Assembly (NCBI GenBank): GCA_963825865.1
Contig: CAWGVG010000022.1
Location: forward strand, 42,050-106,049
DNA from: an uncultured Nitrososphaeraceae archaeon
Lineage (GTDB): Archaea > Thermoproteota > Nitrososphaeria > Nitrososphaerales > Nitrososphaeraceae
Direction: 5' to 3'
Length of the DNA stretch: 64,000 bases
In this document: positions 46,154 to 58,017 of the stretch, piece by piece
Numbering within the stretch: position 1 is the first letter of the stretch
Layout of the letters: every line of letters begins with the position of its first letter
Translations under genes and position numbers: made by a program
Notes under the pieces: model-generated
What the model was told of the DNA's origin: nothing
Seen by the model: the letters and a program-made list of their open reading frames with translations, nothing else
The model's database searches: none

Positions 46154-46228
46154 TATTTGAACTCAAAAGACCGTATAACGACATGGTGTTACGCCAGATA
46201 ACAAATCCAATACCAGAATGCCAAAAAA

Positions 46229-46423
46229 ATGACATTGAGCCTAAACTGCAAAGATGCAGGAGATCCTGTTTGCACCCATACAATGTACGGAGAGACTGAA
46301 GAAGAACTGTTGCAAAATGCCAAAAAACATGGTATTGAGGTCCATGGATATACAGAAGAGTCATGGAATGAAGAGGTTTCTAAGAACAAAGATCATTTGA
46401 GTAAACTTATAAAAAGAACATAA
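46229..46423 (+). CDS. DUF1059 small metal-binding protein
   Basis: LNCKDAGDPVCTHTMYGETEEELLQNAKKHGIEVHG. Confidence 0.85.
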   Translation: MTLSLNCKDAGDPVCTHTMYGETEEELLQNAKKHGIEVHGYTEESWNEEVSKNKDHLSKLIKRT

Positions 46424-46700
46424 AATTTCCTCACCCTCTTCTTTTTTATTCAAAGTGATTATCATAATGCCTTATCATCAATATTGGCTAACTTACCATA
46501 GAGTTCAGTTATAGCGAATCTGTTTTCTAATAATCGGTGAAGACGTTAACCTCTTGCCACTCGTAATTACCCATAAGAGACAAATGCAAGTATCCAAAAA
46601 ATGTTACTGATCTCCTGACGATATAGATTCTCATTTGGAATCGATTGATTATTGCAATGTTTATTTATTTCTGTAACTTTCCAGAATAAGCCTAATAATA

Positions 46701-47189
46701 ATGAAAAAAGGATTGCAGAAGAAAAGACGAGTAATAACTGCTATTGTCGGTATATCTATAATTTCGATTGTCATATATTTAATTGTCATTCTACAATTAC
46801 AAAATATTAGAAGTCAATCGTTTATAGAATCGTTTGAAAGCCTAGTTTCCAAAGCGCATATGCTTACACAAAGCTACCAAAGAGAGGTTGGAAAATGGCA
46901 GGCAAAACTCTATGACAACAAAACTATGATTTCAATTACAAATGATTATTTGCCAAAGTATAAACTCTTAGTTAATGAATCTAAAACACTTAGTCCTCCT
47001 ACCAAACAACATCAAAACGCTGTAGAGTTATATACAAAGAGCATTGAGGCGGAATTAGAGAGCAATATCGATTTTCTCAATTACTTATCCACGGGTAATT
47101 TGGCGAAAAATGAAACCTCTTCCAGATTATTATCAGATGCTTTAAGATATGAAACTGATTCATTTGCTGCTTTTAAATCAGCCAGATAA
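46701..47189 (+). CDS. Membrane-anchored helical hypothetical protein
   Basis: Basic N-terminus, one TM helix and a helical external domain. Confidence 0.7.
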   Translation: MKKGLQKKRRVITAIVGISIISIVIYLIVILQLQNIRSQSFIESFESLVSKAHMLTQSYQREVGKWQAKLYDNKTMISITNDYLPKYKLLVNESKTLSPPTKQHQNAVELYTKSIEAELESNIDFLNYLSTGNLAKNETSSRLLSDALRYETDSFAAFKSAR

Positions 47190-47659
47190 TAAAGTCGAGT
47201 TATCTTCGTTCTTTGTATTGCCTATTGTCTGGATTACAACAACAAATCGTTGCCTGCAGAATTTTCGATAGCACTGAAACATCAAATTCCCATAATAAGA
47301 TGGATCACAGTTAGGAAGGTAATCAGACATTAGCATAACGGATTTCATATCGTGTAGGTTTGTCATATTACTATAGCAAATGCGATAGTTGAACTGTAAT
47401 AACTATTGATTACAGGTGATACTCCAAAAATATGGGTGATAGATTCATCAAAGATGGCAGATTCAAACCTGAAAGGTAAATATGAAAGGTAAATAGATAA
47501 TGAATCGAATGTGGGCTTATCAGTGTGTGAGTAAATAGATACAATAACTGCAACAATTCATATGTGTAAGAGTATTCCTCATAATCAGAGTAGATACAAT
47601 ACCTATCAATATAATATAGTTTATATTAATTATAATGGCGCCTCGATACACAGAATACC

Positions 47660-49081
47660 TTGACTTTGAAGCGAATATCAACTGGTGTTCCAGGTTTAGA
47701 TTCTCTTATCGAAGGTGGAATCCCAAAAGGAAATACTGCAATGATCGTAGGAAATCCTGGAACTGGTAAAACAATATTATGCTCACATTTTGTTTATGAA
47801 GGTTTAACCACTAAAGACGAAAATGCATTATACATTTCATTTAGTGAGTCCAAAACACAATTTTATGCCAATACGGAAAGGTTTGGAATGGATTTTGAGA
47901 AATTCGAAAGACAAAATAAGTTTACATTTTTGGGTCTTGCTTCATTCACAAAGGATGGAATACAAGATACACTTGAAGAGATCTTAGCTACTATTAGAAA
48001 TACCAAAGCCAAAAGAGTAGTATTAGATTCATTTTCAGCAATATCCTTGGCATTTGAAGACAAGAGCGAAGCGAGGACCACAGTTCAAGTGCTTTTAGGT
48101 AAAATAATGAGATCAGAAGAAGTAACCACAGTGCTGATTATAGAAATTCCGTACGGGAGTAATAACATAGGTTCTGGGATAGAAGAATCTGTTGCAGATG
48201 GTATTATACAACTTGAGCAGGTAGAAGACAATGCTTCACCAATAATTCTCCGAATCTTAAAAATGAGATGTACTGCAATTAATAGAGAACCTCATATTTG
48301 TAGAATAGGCAAGAATGGAATGAAATTATATCCCAAACAAAGATTAAGATTGACCTATCGAGCAGTAGAGGAACGAATAACTAGCGGAATACCTGGATTT
48401 GATGAAAGAATTGGTAATGGACTTATTAGAGGCACAACTACTGCTATTATAGGAGCGGCTGGTACTGCAAAATCGACTTTTTCATTTCAATTTATTTCTG
48501 AAGGCATAAGAAAAGATGAGCCTGGAATATATTGTACATTAGAACAGCCTGCAGACGAGATAAGAGTAATGGGTAAAGGTTATGGATACAACATGGCAGA
48601 ACTCGAAAAAAAAGGATTATCAATATTTGTAAAAAATGCAGAGGATGAGAACCCAGATGAATTCATTGCAAACTTGGCAGATGAAATTAAAAGGACAAAA
48701 GCAAAACGTCTTGTGATAGACAGTCTCTCTTCTTTTAAACACAAGTATAATAACGAGCTGCATACAATTACTAAACGTATTCTAAGCCTAATACAGGAAT
48801 ATCAAATTACAACAGTACTTACCATTCTTACAACTCAGAAAAGCGGGTTTGAGATAACTGAGGAGGATTTATTTTCTCTTTTACAAAACATAATAGTTCT
48901 TAGATTTGTGGAGGTTCAGGGAAGGATGAAAAGAGTCTTGCTGGTATTAAAGACCAGAGGATCGCAACATGACAACTCTATACTAGAATTTAATATATCA
49001 AAGGACAATGGAGGAGTTGAAATAACTGGTCCTATAGATGAGGAGTACATCGGAATATTAACAGGAATAGCTTATAAATGA
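47660..49081 (+). CDS. Double-domain KaiC-like (RAD55/GvpD-type) ATPase
   Basis: STGVPGLD..GG, GNPGTGKT, RVVLDS, ILKMR. Second domain SGIPGFD, GAAGTAKS, RLVIDS, VLKTRGSQHD. Confidence 0.92.
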   Translation: MTLKRISTGVPGLDSLIEGGIPKGNTAMIVGNPGTGKTILCSHFVYEGLTTKDENALYISFSESKTQFYANTERFGMDFEKFERQNKFTFLGLASFTKDGIQDTLEEILATIRNTKAKRVVLDSFSAISLAFEDKSEARTTVQVLLGKIMRSEEVTTVLIIEIPYGSNNIGSGIEESVADGIIQLEQVEDNASPIILRILKMRCTAINREPHICRIGKNGMKLYPKQRLRLTYRAVEERITSGIPGFDERIGNGLIRGTTTAIIGAAGTAKSTFSFQFISEGIRKDEPGIYCTLEQPADEIRVMGKGYGYNMAELEKKGLSIFVKNAEDENPDEFIANLADEIKRTKAKRLVIDSLSSFKHKYNNELHTITKRILSLIQEYQITTVLTILTTQKSGFEITEEDLFSLLQNIIVLRFVEVQGRMKRVLLVLKTRGSQHDNSILEFNISKDNGGVEITGPIDEEYIGILTGIAYK

Positions 49082-49155
49082 CAATAAAAAGGGAAAAGAT
49101 ATGAAAAAACAGCTTTTAATTTTAGTCAAAAAGAAGAAAAATTTGACTAAAGATT

Positions 49156-49500
49156 ATGAGGAAACAAAGTTTGGCCATCCAAAGTAAATTCAGGGAGGCC
49201 TATGAGCAAGCAGTTGTGGAGGGACTATCCGTTCTGGGAAAGCAAATTTCATTAGTTATATCTTCTTATGTTGAAGAGAAGTATTCAATTCGTATAAGTG
49301 ATACTGCAGATAATCCAAAAGCTCTCTCCGATGCACTATATGCTACAATAGATGGAGGCACAAGAATTGTACAAAGGCGAATTCTTCGCTCACTTTATAA
49401 CAGGATTGGAATTGAACTTCCTTTTACCATGACAATAAATTTTGAAGATAAAATTCTTAAGATAAAAAAAGAATATGAAAAAAAGTACATTTCCTCATAA
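49156..49500 (+). CDS. Small helical protein resembling DUF3227/NitrOD5-type KaiC-associated domain
   Basis: AVVEGLSVLG...Y.EEKY.I...P..LSDAL..IDGG.RIV.RRI...LY. Located directly after the KaiC-like gene. Confidence 0.55.
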   Translation: MRKQSLAIQSKFREAYEQAVVEGLSVLGKQISLVISSYVEEKYSIRISDTADNPKALSDALYATIDGGTRIVQRRILRSLYNRIGIELPFTMTINFEDKILKIKKEYEKKYISS

Positions 49501-49576
49501 ATAGAAATATTATATAATTAATTGATGTCAATGTGATATTATTATATTATTAGTTTGAAATTTGAAATGCCAAAGT

Positions 49577-51366
49577 TCAACTCTTTCCATCTAACTTGTT
49601 CGCAGGCTCTGTTTTTTTACCCAAAGGTAGACGAAATGTAAATGTTGCTCCTCCTATTTGTTGTTTGTTGTTTTCAGCCCATATCTTTCCACCATGTGCT
49701 TCGATAATGCTTTTGCATATAAATAGTCCTAATCCCGTTCCTTGAAAAGATTTGGTAGCAAATTTTGAAAATAGTCTCGGCATGATCTCTGGATCTATTC
49801 CTGAACCTGTATCCTGGATACTAACAATGACTTCTTGGTTATCTTTGTCTTTAGTAGTAGTAATAGATATGATCCCTTCTGTAGTAAATTTATTGGCATT
49901 ATTTAACAAATTGGAAATAACTTGGGTGAGCCTCGTTCGATTCTGCTTCAACTATAATGTTATCTCCTCTAGGTTCATATATTAATTTTATTTTATCTCT
50001 CTTTGAGTCTTTAACAATATCTAATAGCAGATCATCCATAGCAGTTAAGATTATATTATTTATGTTTAGTTCTTCTTTGTTTAAATTTAATGTATTGCTT
50101 TCTATTTTAGTAATGTCTAGAATGAATTTTGACACTTGCTCTAATCTTCTTGCGTTGCGAAGTATAGTCTTTATGCCATTTCTTTTATTATCATTATCAT
50201 CATTATTATCATTTTCTTTTTCTCTCTTTCCTCCTTCCGTTACTTGTTCTTCTTCTTCTAGTTGTGCTTCAAGCAATTCTGCATACCCTAAGATTGGCAT
50301 AATTGGTGTTCGCAGCTCATGTGCCGCTATGTTAATAAACTCCTGTTGTATTTTATCACGATTCTTCAACTGCTCGTTAGCTTGTGCAAGTTGCTTATTT
50401 GATTCTGCTAGATTGTCCTTTACTACGATTATGGATTCTAGAATTTCCCTTTCATTCCAAAGGGCCTCAAGAAGTGAACCAAAGTTCTTTACAAGAAATT
50501 TATTATCAGAATACACTGCAAGAGCTTCAACTCCCTCCTCACCTATAGTTAATACTTTAGAGTTATCGGTGAGCAAAATGCTTCCTTGAATTCCCGAAAT
50601 ACTTTTAATTTGACCATAACTTTTGACGGCAGAAATTAATTGTTTTGTAGATGCGTCGTCGTTTCTCCCTTCTTCAGAGTAAAGAATCATTACATTCACG
50701 CCTTTGCTTTCTGCCTGTTTTATACTATCAAGCAGTCCAATTTCAGCAAGATTTTCAAAGTACCTAATTGAACTAACCGCAATGAGAACCTCTGATCTAG
50801 CATGTTGAATTTCAGATATAAGTAGAGATTCAGCACGCTTACGATCACGAATAACATCTATACTGAAGGGTTCAACTTCTCCTTCAATTTCTCTAATCTT
50901 TTCTTGTGCTGATATTGTTTTATTCCAAAAAGTATCAAATACGTATTGCTGTTGTTCTACAATTTCCTTAATGTTGTTATGAATAATTTGTGGAATATTT
51001 TTTTTTGCTTCTTTAGAAGTTTTAGTAGAAATAGAAAGATGTGTTGTTTCATTTAAGATGAAATTTCCTTTGAGTCCGTCTAAATGCCGAAGCTCGGCCA
51101 TTTCCATTAATTCCTTGCAATAAGGGATATTTTGTTTAGTAATTTCGGTAACATATCTTAATTTTATCCCTCTACCTTTGGCATCACTAAGGATTCTTTT
51201 TAAACGCCCCATCTCCTATGGTCTCAGATAGCACTGCATAATTACCACAAATATCTATTTCATCTTTTGATTTAGATACTAATCGCAAAATAGCATCAGT
51301 TGCATTTTGGACACCATACAATATCCTAGTCTTTTTACTATCTGTATTGGTAGATGAGTTCGTCAA
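49577..51366 (-). CDS. Cytoplasmic sensor histidine kinase (frameshifts near 51215 and 49935)
   Basis: FINIAAHELRTP, QVISNLLNNA, DTGSGI, GTGLGLFICKSIIEAHGG. N-terminal RYVTEIT/ELRHLDG input repeats. Confidence 0.9.
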
Positions 51367-51499
51367 CTAATGATATCATTGGTAAGTTATTATCCGTATA
51401 AAACATTATGATAAAATTTTTTTCACATATGATGCAATCAAAGGATAAAAGGCAAGAATCCAATACATTATTTAAATTTGCTATCTCATCACTTGAGAA

Positions 51500-51733
51500 T
51501 CTCAGGTTAATGCAATACTACATATATTGGAGATTTACCTTTGGAAAACAATTTGAGTGGTTGTGACGATACAGACATGGATTCCACGGATTCCTTCTCT
51601 TTACTACTCTATTCAAAATAGTTATAATGTCACGGGGACATATTCTTGCCTCTTCAGCTATTTGACGATAAGTCTTACCTTGATTGTATAATTCTAAAAC
51701 CAGCTTTTCTTTTTCCTGTCTAGTTAATGCCAT
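51500..51733 (-). pseudogene. HTH protein N-terminal fragment
   Basis: EKEKLVLELYNQGKTYRQIAEEARICPRDI..ILNR, then a second HTH start (LFSKGKSP) in another frame. Truncated. Confidence 0.6.
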
Positions 51734-51782
51734 CAAATACTTCATATTTACGATAAATATAACAAGAGCGAGACTTAGATAT

Positions 51783-51840
51783 TGCTATCATCTGTTATCA
51801 ATTTATTATCATTGTTATCATGACAGTATCGCTAGTATCA
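51783..51840. repeat. 10-bp-periodic TATCA array
   Basis: TATC(A/G) at 51786, 51796, 51807, 51816, 51827 and 51836. Confidence 0.75.
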
Positions 51841-52070
51841 CCGCAAAGACATGACTGAAGTTTTGTCAAACCGTGTTTGAATATATTACTGTTACCACAT
51901 TTTTGAAATGACATATATGCAAGTATCGAACGGAAAACTGCTAATTTGCTAAGGTTGCATTGTGTTTGTTAAAATTTCATATTTGAAGTGGCTTATATCA
52001 TAATTTTTGTATCATATACAGAAATGTGTATGTTGCAGACCTCTACCATTACTGCTGTTATTATTAATAC

Positions 52071-52448
52071 TTAGTTAGATTTTGTCATTATTTCATTTAG
52101 ATGTTTCAATAGCTCCTGGTTTCCCATTGGCTTTCGCATAAAGCAATTTGTATCTAACTCATTAAATATATCTGCATATGCTCCATGGTACATTTCACCA
52201 GCTGTCAGAAAACATACTTTAACTTTATCGTCTATTTTTTTTATTTCCCTATATAGTTGAAAGCCATTCATATTTGGCATTTTAATATCTAAGATTAACA
52301 GATCATACAATCCTTTTCTGAAATTCTCCAATGCTGACAGACCACTATTAAAGGCATCAACTTCAAAACTATTCCCTTCTAAAGCCAACTTTATAGATAA
52401 ATTAACGTCTGGTTCATCATCAACTATCAAAATTTTTTTTCTTTTCAT
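52071..52448 (-). CDS. Stand-alone receiver-domain response regulator
   Basis: ILIVDDEPD, LDIKMPNMNG, CFLTA, RKP. Confidence 0.92.
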   Translation of the reverse strand: MKRKKILIVDDEPDVNLSIKLALEGNSFEVDAFNSGLSALENFRKGLYDLLILDIKMPNMNGFQLYREIKKIDDKVKVCFLTAGEMYHGAYADIFNELDTNCFMRKPMGNQELLKHLNEIMTKSN

Positions 52449-52480
52449 TGTAGTTGATTGGTTTCATTTTTAACGTTGTA

Positions 52481-54663
52481 CTAGTCATGCCAAGCTGCTG
52501 CTGTCTGCTGTTTACTTGTTGATGGTAAAGTAAATGAAAAGGTAGCACCTCTTTCACCATACATATTGTTATTTTCAGCCCATATCTTGCCACCATGGGC
52601 TTCTACAATGCTTTTGCAAATATACAACCCTAATCCTGTACCCTGATAAGATTTTGATGCAAACTTTTCAAATAACCTAGGCATTATCCCAGGGTCTATA
52701 CCGATACCTGTGTCCTTGATACTAACAAGAGCCTGACCATCAACCTTTTCAGCATTAATATTTATAATTCCTGTTTTCCTCTTCGTTGATCTTTGTTTTG
52801 GTAAATTTAACAGCATTATTTAGAATATTGGAAACAACTTGAGCTATTCTTGTTTTATCCGCTTCTATGAAGATATCGTGAGGCTGATATGCTAATTTTA
52901 TAAGGTCTCCTTGTTGGCTCTTCTTAACAATGTTTGTTATTATATCGTCTATAGTATTTGCTATTACATCATTTAAGTTGAAAAACTCCTTCTTCAAGTT
53001 TAGTGACTCGCTTTCAATTTTTGTAACATCTAAAATGTCCTCAGCAAGTCTATGCAATCTCCTTGCATTCCTCATTATAACATCTAGTAATTCATCTTGT
53101 TCTGCTGCTGATTCTTCTATCTCTGCTATTATTAGAACGAAGAAGTTCTCCAGTTAAGCCAAGTATTGGCTGGATAGGTGTTCGTAATTCATGGGCTGCT
53201 ATATCGATAAATTCTTTTTGCATTCTATCATGTGTTTTTAGCTGTTCATACATCTTGCTTAATTTTTGATGTAGTTCTGTCTGTTTCCAAAGACTGTCAA
53301 ATATAGAAGCATATGCTAAAGCAATTGGTTTGCTATTAGAATATGGAGCTAATCCTGCTGCATCATACGAATTATCTTTTAAATCGTCCTTTGTCTCGAT
53401 AATTAGAGATTCTTTTCTATCAACTACTAGAATTCCAACTGTACTTTCTAAACTCTTGTCGACGCTTCCAATATCTAGCTGAGGCAATACCAAATTTACT
53501 TCGTTTACTAATTGTATTACCTCATTTTGATCAGCAGGAATTAATATTCTAACTCTTACACCACGTTCTACTGCGTCTTTGAATAAGTGCATTATACCTA
53601 ATCTTGTTTGACGACGAAATGCGTGGATTGAGGAAAATATTCTCAATACCTCCTCTTCTGCTGATTTTACTAAATCATAAGCTCGTTTTATCGAATCTGT
53701 AGGATTTTGCAATAATTTCTATGCTAGTCGATTCAATGCCTTCTTCAATATTCCTATTCTACCTTTAGCATCAATTCCATTTTTCCATAATTCTTCAAAT
53801 ATATAATAAAAATGGTTGACATATACTAGGTTCATTACTAAGTAATAGACTTTGAACATTTTTACCACCTTCCATCTTTTCTATAGTAGTCTGCTATTTC
53901 TTTATCTGAAACACCAAAACTCATAGGTGGCAGATTTTTAACATGTCTTATTTTGATACCTGCATCCAGAAGTATTTTAGCTAAATTCATATTATCTTTA
54001 TCTATATTACTTATGTATCTGATACCCTTGTGCTCCCCTTTCTTTTGCTTTTCCAATAACTATTTTGTTTATTTCAAAAAAATGATTGTAACTATATTGC
54101 ATTCCTCCAGCTGTCAAACATGTACATAATTCACTTGAGCTGGCAGTTAAGCGACCGATTTCTTTGACAATTTCTTGATCATCCTCAATTATTCTAGTCT
54201 CGTAATGTACTGTTCCTTCTTCTATCTCTTTAATTCTCTTTTCTGCAAGTATTGATTTATTCCACAGAGTCTCGAAAATATTCCGTTGCTGTTCTACAAT
54301 TTCTCTTACATTAGTATAGATAGCTTGTTGATGGGGTGCCTTCAAAGTTATAGATCCTAAATACTCGTTTTCATTGAGTATGAAGTTAGCTTCAATTTCA
54401 TTCATATGGCGCATCTCAGCAATTTTCATTAAATCCTTGCAATAGTGAATATTTTCCTGTGTAATTTCAAAGATATATCTTTGTCTTGTATATTTCCCAT
54501 TTTTAGCATTCATTATTGCTTTTCTAATTGATTCAAAAGAAATGATTAATGATGGGAATCTAGAGTTGCCACAGATATCTATTCTATGCTCTGCATTATA
54601 GGAAATATCCAATATGGCATTTATGACTTCAACGCGATGTAATACCCTAATCTTTTTGTTCAT
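52481..54663 (-). CDS. Cytoplasmic sensor histidine kinase with three tandem input domains (several frameshifts)
   Basis: ORFs 54007-54663, 53862-54056, 53092-53712, 52755-53075 and 52481-52816 join up. Motifs AAHELRTP, NILNNAVKF, DTGIGI, GTGLGL. Confidence 0.88.
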
Positions 54664-55524
54664 TAGTGAAGTTGTTCAACAGTAATAAGGATATTGGTAA
54701 ATATAAGATAGAGGGTAATATGAACTCTGTTGCTTAACGTACCTAATATTGGACACATTGCGACCTTATTGCAAAAGTAACAATGTTCAATGATCCAATA
54801 TACAAATTTGATAATATTACTGTGAGCGATGGTGACTTTTCTATAAGGCGTCTGTTTCTGGACTTCGGTATACCTCAAGTCATTGTTAAAGTAGTTTCAA
54901 AGGATTACTCGATAGCATTAGACTAATTTAACATCTCTGTACTATAGCGAAATAGCGACAATAGATAAGTCAGCATGTATATAATAAACCCAGCTAGTGT
55001 TAGGAGATTTGGTTTATTGTCTAGTTGATATTTCAGCTGTTTCTTCTTCGTGTTTCTCTTCTCCTTGTTTATCGTCATAATCAGACTCGATTCTTTATTA
55101 TTATTATTATTAATAACTGTGAAGACAATTTCAGTTTCTCTTCCTTAGACTTGTCAGATACAAACCTTATGGCATCATCTAGCAGTGTAGCATTTGGAAA
55201 TCTAATGTTTACCTTGTAGCAATATCAATAATCTCTGAATATAATTACTATGCTCAAATTTGATTCACACACCCTTTGACCCCGCTCCGCTATTGATGCT
55301 TTTAACTAATGTAGAATTTATTATAAATTTTCAATTAATAATAAATGTTAAGTTGAATTTATCGTATTGTATAAACATTATTCTGGTGATAATAATTACT
55401 ATGTTATAAAAATAAAAATATTACTTCTATGTATCATTAATCGTGATACTCGTTAAAATAAATCATAATGTCATTGATAGGATGATATCAATATGACCGC
55501 AACAACGCTAATTTCGCCTATAAG

Positions 55525-57000
55525 GTGTTGAGCCTGTTTCGGTCGCTGACTTCCAAAATTATTTATAAAATAGCACTTTTGGCTGCAATTATCATTGTCT
55601 TTATCATTAGCAGTTTTGCAATGCTTGCATATTTCCAATCCCAGCAAACTCTTTTAGGAAATTCAATCAATATTGCAGGTAAAAACAGATTTCTTACAAT
55701 GAACGTACTATTTCAAACATCAGAATATTTAAATGGGGTTTTTTCTTCTTCCTCCCCTTCCACCTCTACGCTTTCCTCATCTACTTCACATAATAGCATA
55801 TCCAAGCTTAATGATGCTATTGATAAATTAGATACAAACTTATTGGCTTTAAGAGAAGGCGGAAAGACTTCTAATGTAGAATTAAAACCATTGCCATCAA
55901 AGTTTTTAGATTCATGGAAGATAATTAATAATAATTGGGTTAGTTTTAAAACTTTTATTACTTATAAGGTGGTTAAGCCAGCTCAGCAGCAACAGGCAGC
56001 AATTGTTGCTTCAACAACAACCTGTATTAAAAACAACTACTACCACTCTATCTAGGAATGTTACTGGTGCTACAGCTTCAGCAGCAGGCAGGGCAAAAAT
56101 ATACCAATCTACAAAAACAGAATTGGAATCGCTGGCTGCAAACCTAATCAACTCATCAGATAGGATGGTAACACAATTAGGAGTTGATTCAGCAAAAAAT
56201 TCCCTGAATGTAATGCTGTTAGAGATCTTTTTTGGAATAATGAACATAGGCGTAGTTCTCTTAATAATTTATTTTGTGACAAAAATTCTCAAACCAATAA
56301 GTGCACTTACTCAAGCAACCTCTGAAATAAAAAAAGGAAATCTTGACGTTTCAATTGAACAAGGACACAAAGGAAATGACGAACTTTCAGTTCTAGGCGA
56401 ATCATTTAATTCTATGGTGCAATCTATAAAAAACTACATTACAAAGCAAAATCAATTAACGTCCGAACTAAAAAAATTAAATGAACAGCTCAAATACAAA
56501 GATCAGTTAAAAGATGAATTTATAAATATAGCAGCACATGAATTACGTAATCCCATACAGCCAATACTTGGTTTATCTGAAATTATTCGTTCCCGTAAAG
56601 CAGCTTCTAATAATATAACAGGTAAAGGAGATGATGAAGAGGTCTTTAATGTCATTATCAGAAATGCAAAAAAACTACAATGTCTTTCAGAAAATATATT
56701 AGATGTTACAAAAATCGAAAGTCAATCTTTGATATTAAATAAAGAAAGATTCAATCTTAGCGATATAATATCAAATACTATTGAAGATTGTAAAAGTCAA
56801 ATTGAAAAGGTAGGAAAGCAAAAATCGATATCTTTGTTATACAAGAGCAAGAACAAGAACAAGAACAGTGATTCGGAAAAGCAAGATATTATTTTAGTCC
56901 AAGCAGATAAAACAAGATTAACACAAGTCATTTCAAATTTAATAAGTAATGCTATTAAATTCACGGAGAAAGGAACCGTAACTATCACCACTACTACTGA
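55525..57000 (+). pseudogene. Membrane HAMP histidine kinase, truncated within the HATPase domain
   Basis: TM, INIAGKNRFL sensor, second TM, HAMP (KPISAL..DELSVLGESFNSM), AAHELRNP, NLISNAIKF. The G1/G2 boxes are replaced by unrelated sequence after about 57000. Confidence 0.85.
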
Positions 57001-57337
57001 TTCAGTAGTATTGCAACAGTCTTCTTCGCATTGGAAAACAGCATGGCACTTTACAGCCTGCAAGATACATGACAAATCGATAAAGCCTTGTTTCTACAAG
57101 CAAATTGGCTTATTGAAATAAAGAGAAGTGATGAAGAATAGGCTATCGACAATGACAAGTATTGGGAGAATTGACAAAATTAGAAGGTGGTGGTGCTAAT
57201 AGTCTTAAGCTTTCAGGTGCACATGGTGTTATTTTTGTCAGAATTCAGGTCTTTAACCTTTAGAAGAAAATAATTTCACATTATATTGTCTCATAGAAAG
57301 TATTAATTAACAAATCCCTTAGATATCATGTGTCATT

Positions 57338-57470
57338 ATGTCTAGACGTTCAAACAAAGCAGTAGTAGAAATATTAGCATCATCTTCCAAGAATGAAGAA
57401 ACTTCCATTGAATTGGATAGAAAGATTACTTTAGCAACTGAAGGTTTTACTACTAGCAAGTTTTGCTTTA
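57338..57470 (+). pseudogene. Probable integrase N-terminal fragment
   Basis: ELDRKITLATEGFTTSKFC, recalled as the N-terminus of the same integrase family as 23164-23290. Not verified. Confidence 0.35.
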
Positions 57471-58017
57471 ACAATCTACCAATATTCTTAAAAGGCCTTC
57501 TTGAAAAAAGATTTTCAACTCTCAGATAATCTTGTCAATCTTTAAGGAATTTCAAATATTATTATAATGATTCTGTTCACTCTGCATATAGGATAGGCTT
57601 AATTTCAGGCACTATCTTTTATAGAGGAGAAGAGGAATTAAAGTCTGAGAAGTGCTTTGAAGAGTTTTGAATGAACAAATATATAGCAAAAAACAAGTGG
57701 GTGAGTCTAATCACATAGCATGTATGGTCCTGATATATCTACACACCCAAAACACAGTCATGAAGGCATAGGAGGTATGCTTTATGACGCTAGAAAGGAC
57801 TTAGTTGCGAAGTTGAATCTAAGAAGGATGGAATGTTACTCTAAAAGCAGACAGATTAAGATTGACCATCGTAAAGAGATTTTCTTTAGTAATTATGCAA
57901 TACATCTAGTATTCATGAGTGCTTATTGCTACAGAAATAGTAGTAGAAGTAGAAATACATAATAGATGATTATATTTTCTAACTGAGAGCCACTATAGCT
58001 TCAAGAGAATGGACGAT

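Noticed and set aside
47660-49081. Circadian clock (kaiABC)
   Set aside because: No kaiA or kaiB in the window, and the ST phosphosite pair is incomplete.
49957-50589. 210-aa plus-strand ORF and similar antisense ORFs (1004-1345, 2468-2893, 15456-15788, 39387-39841)
   Set aside because: Shadow ORFs opposite well-supported genes, with no motifs.
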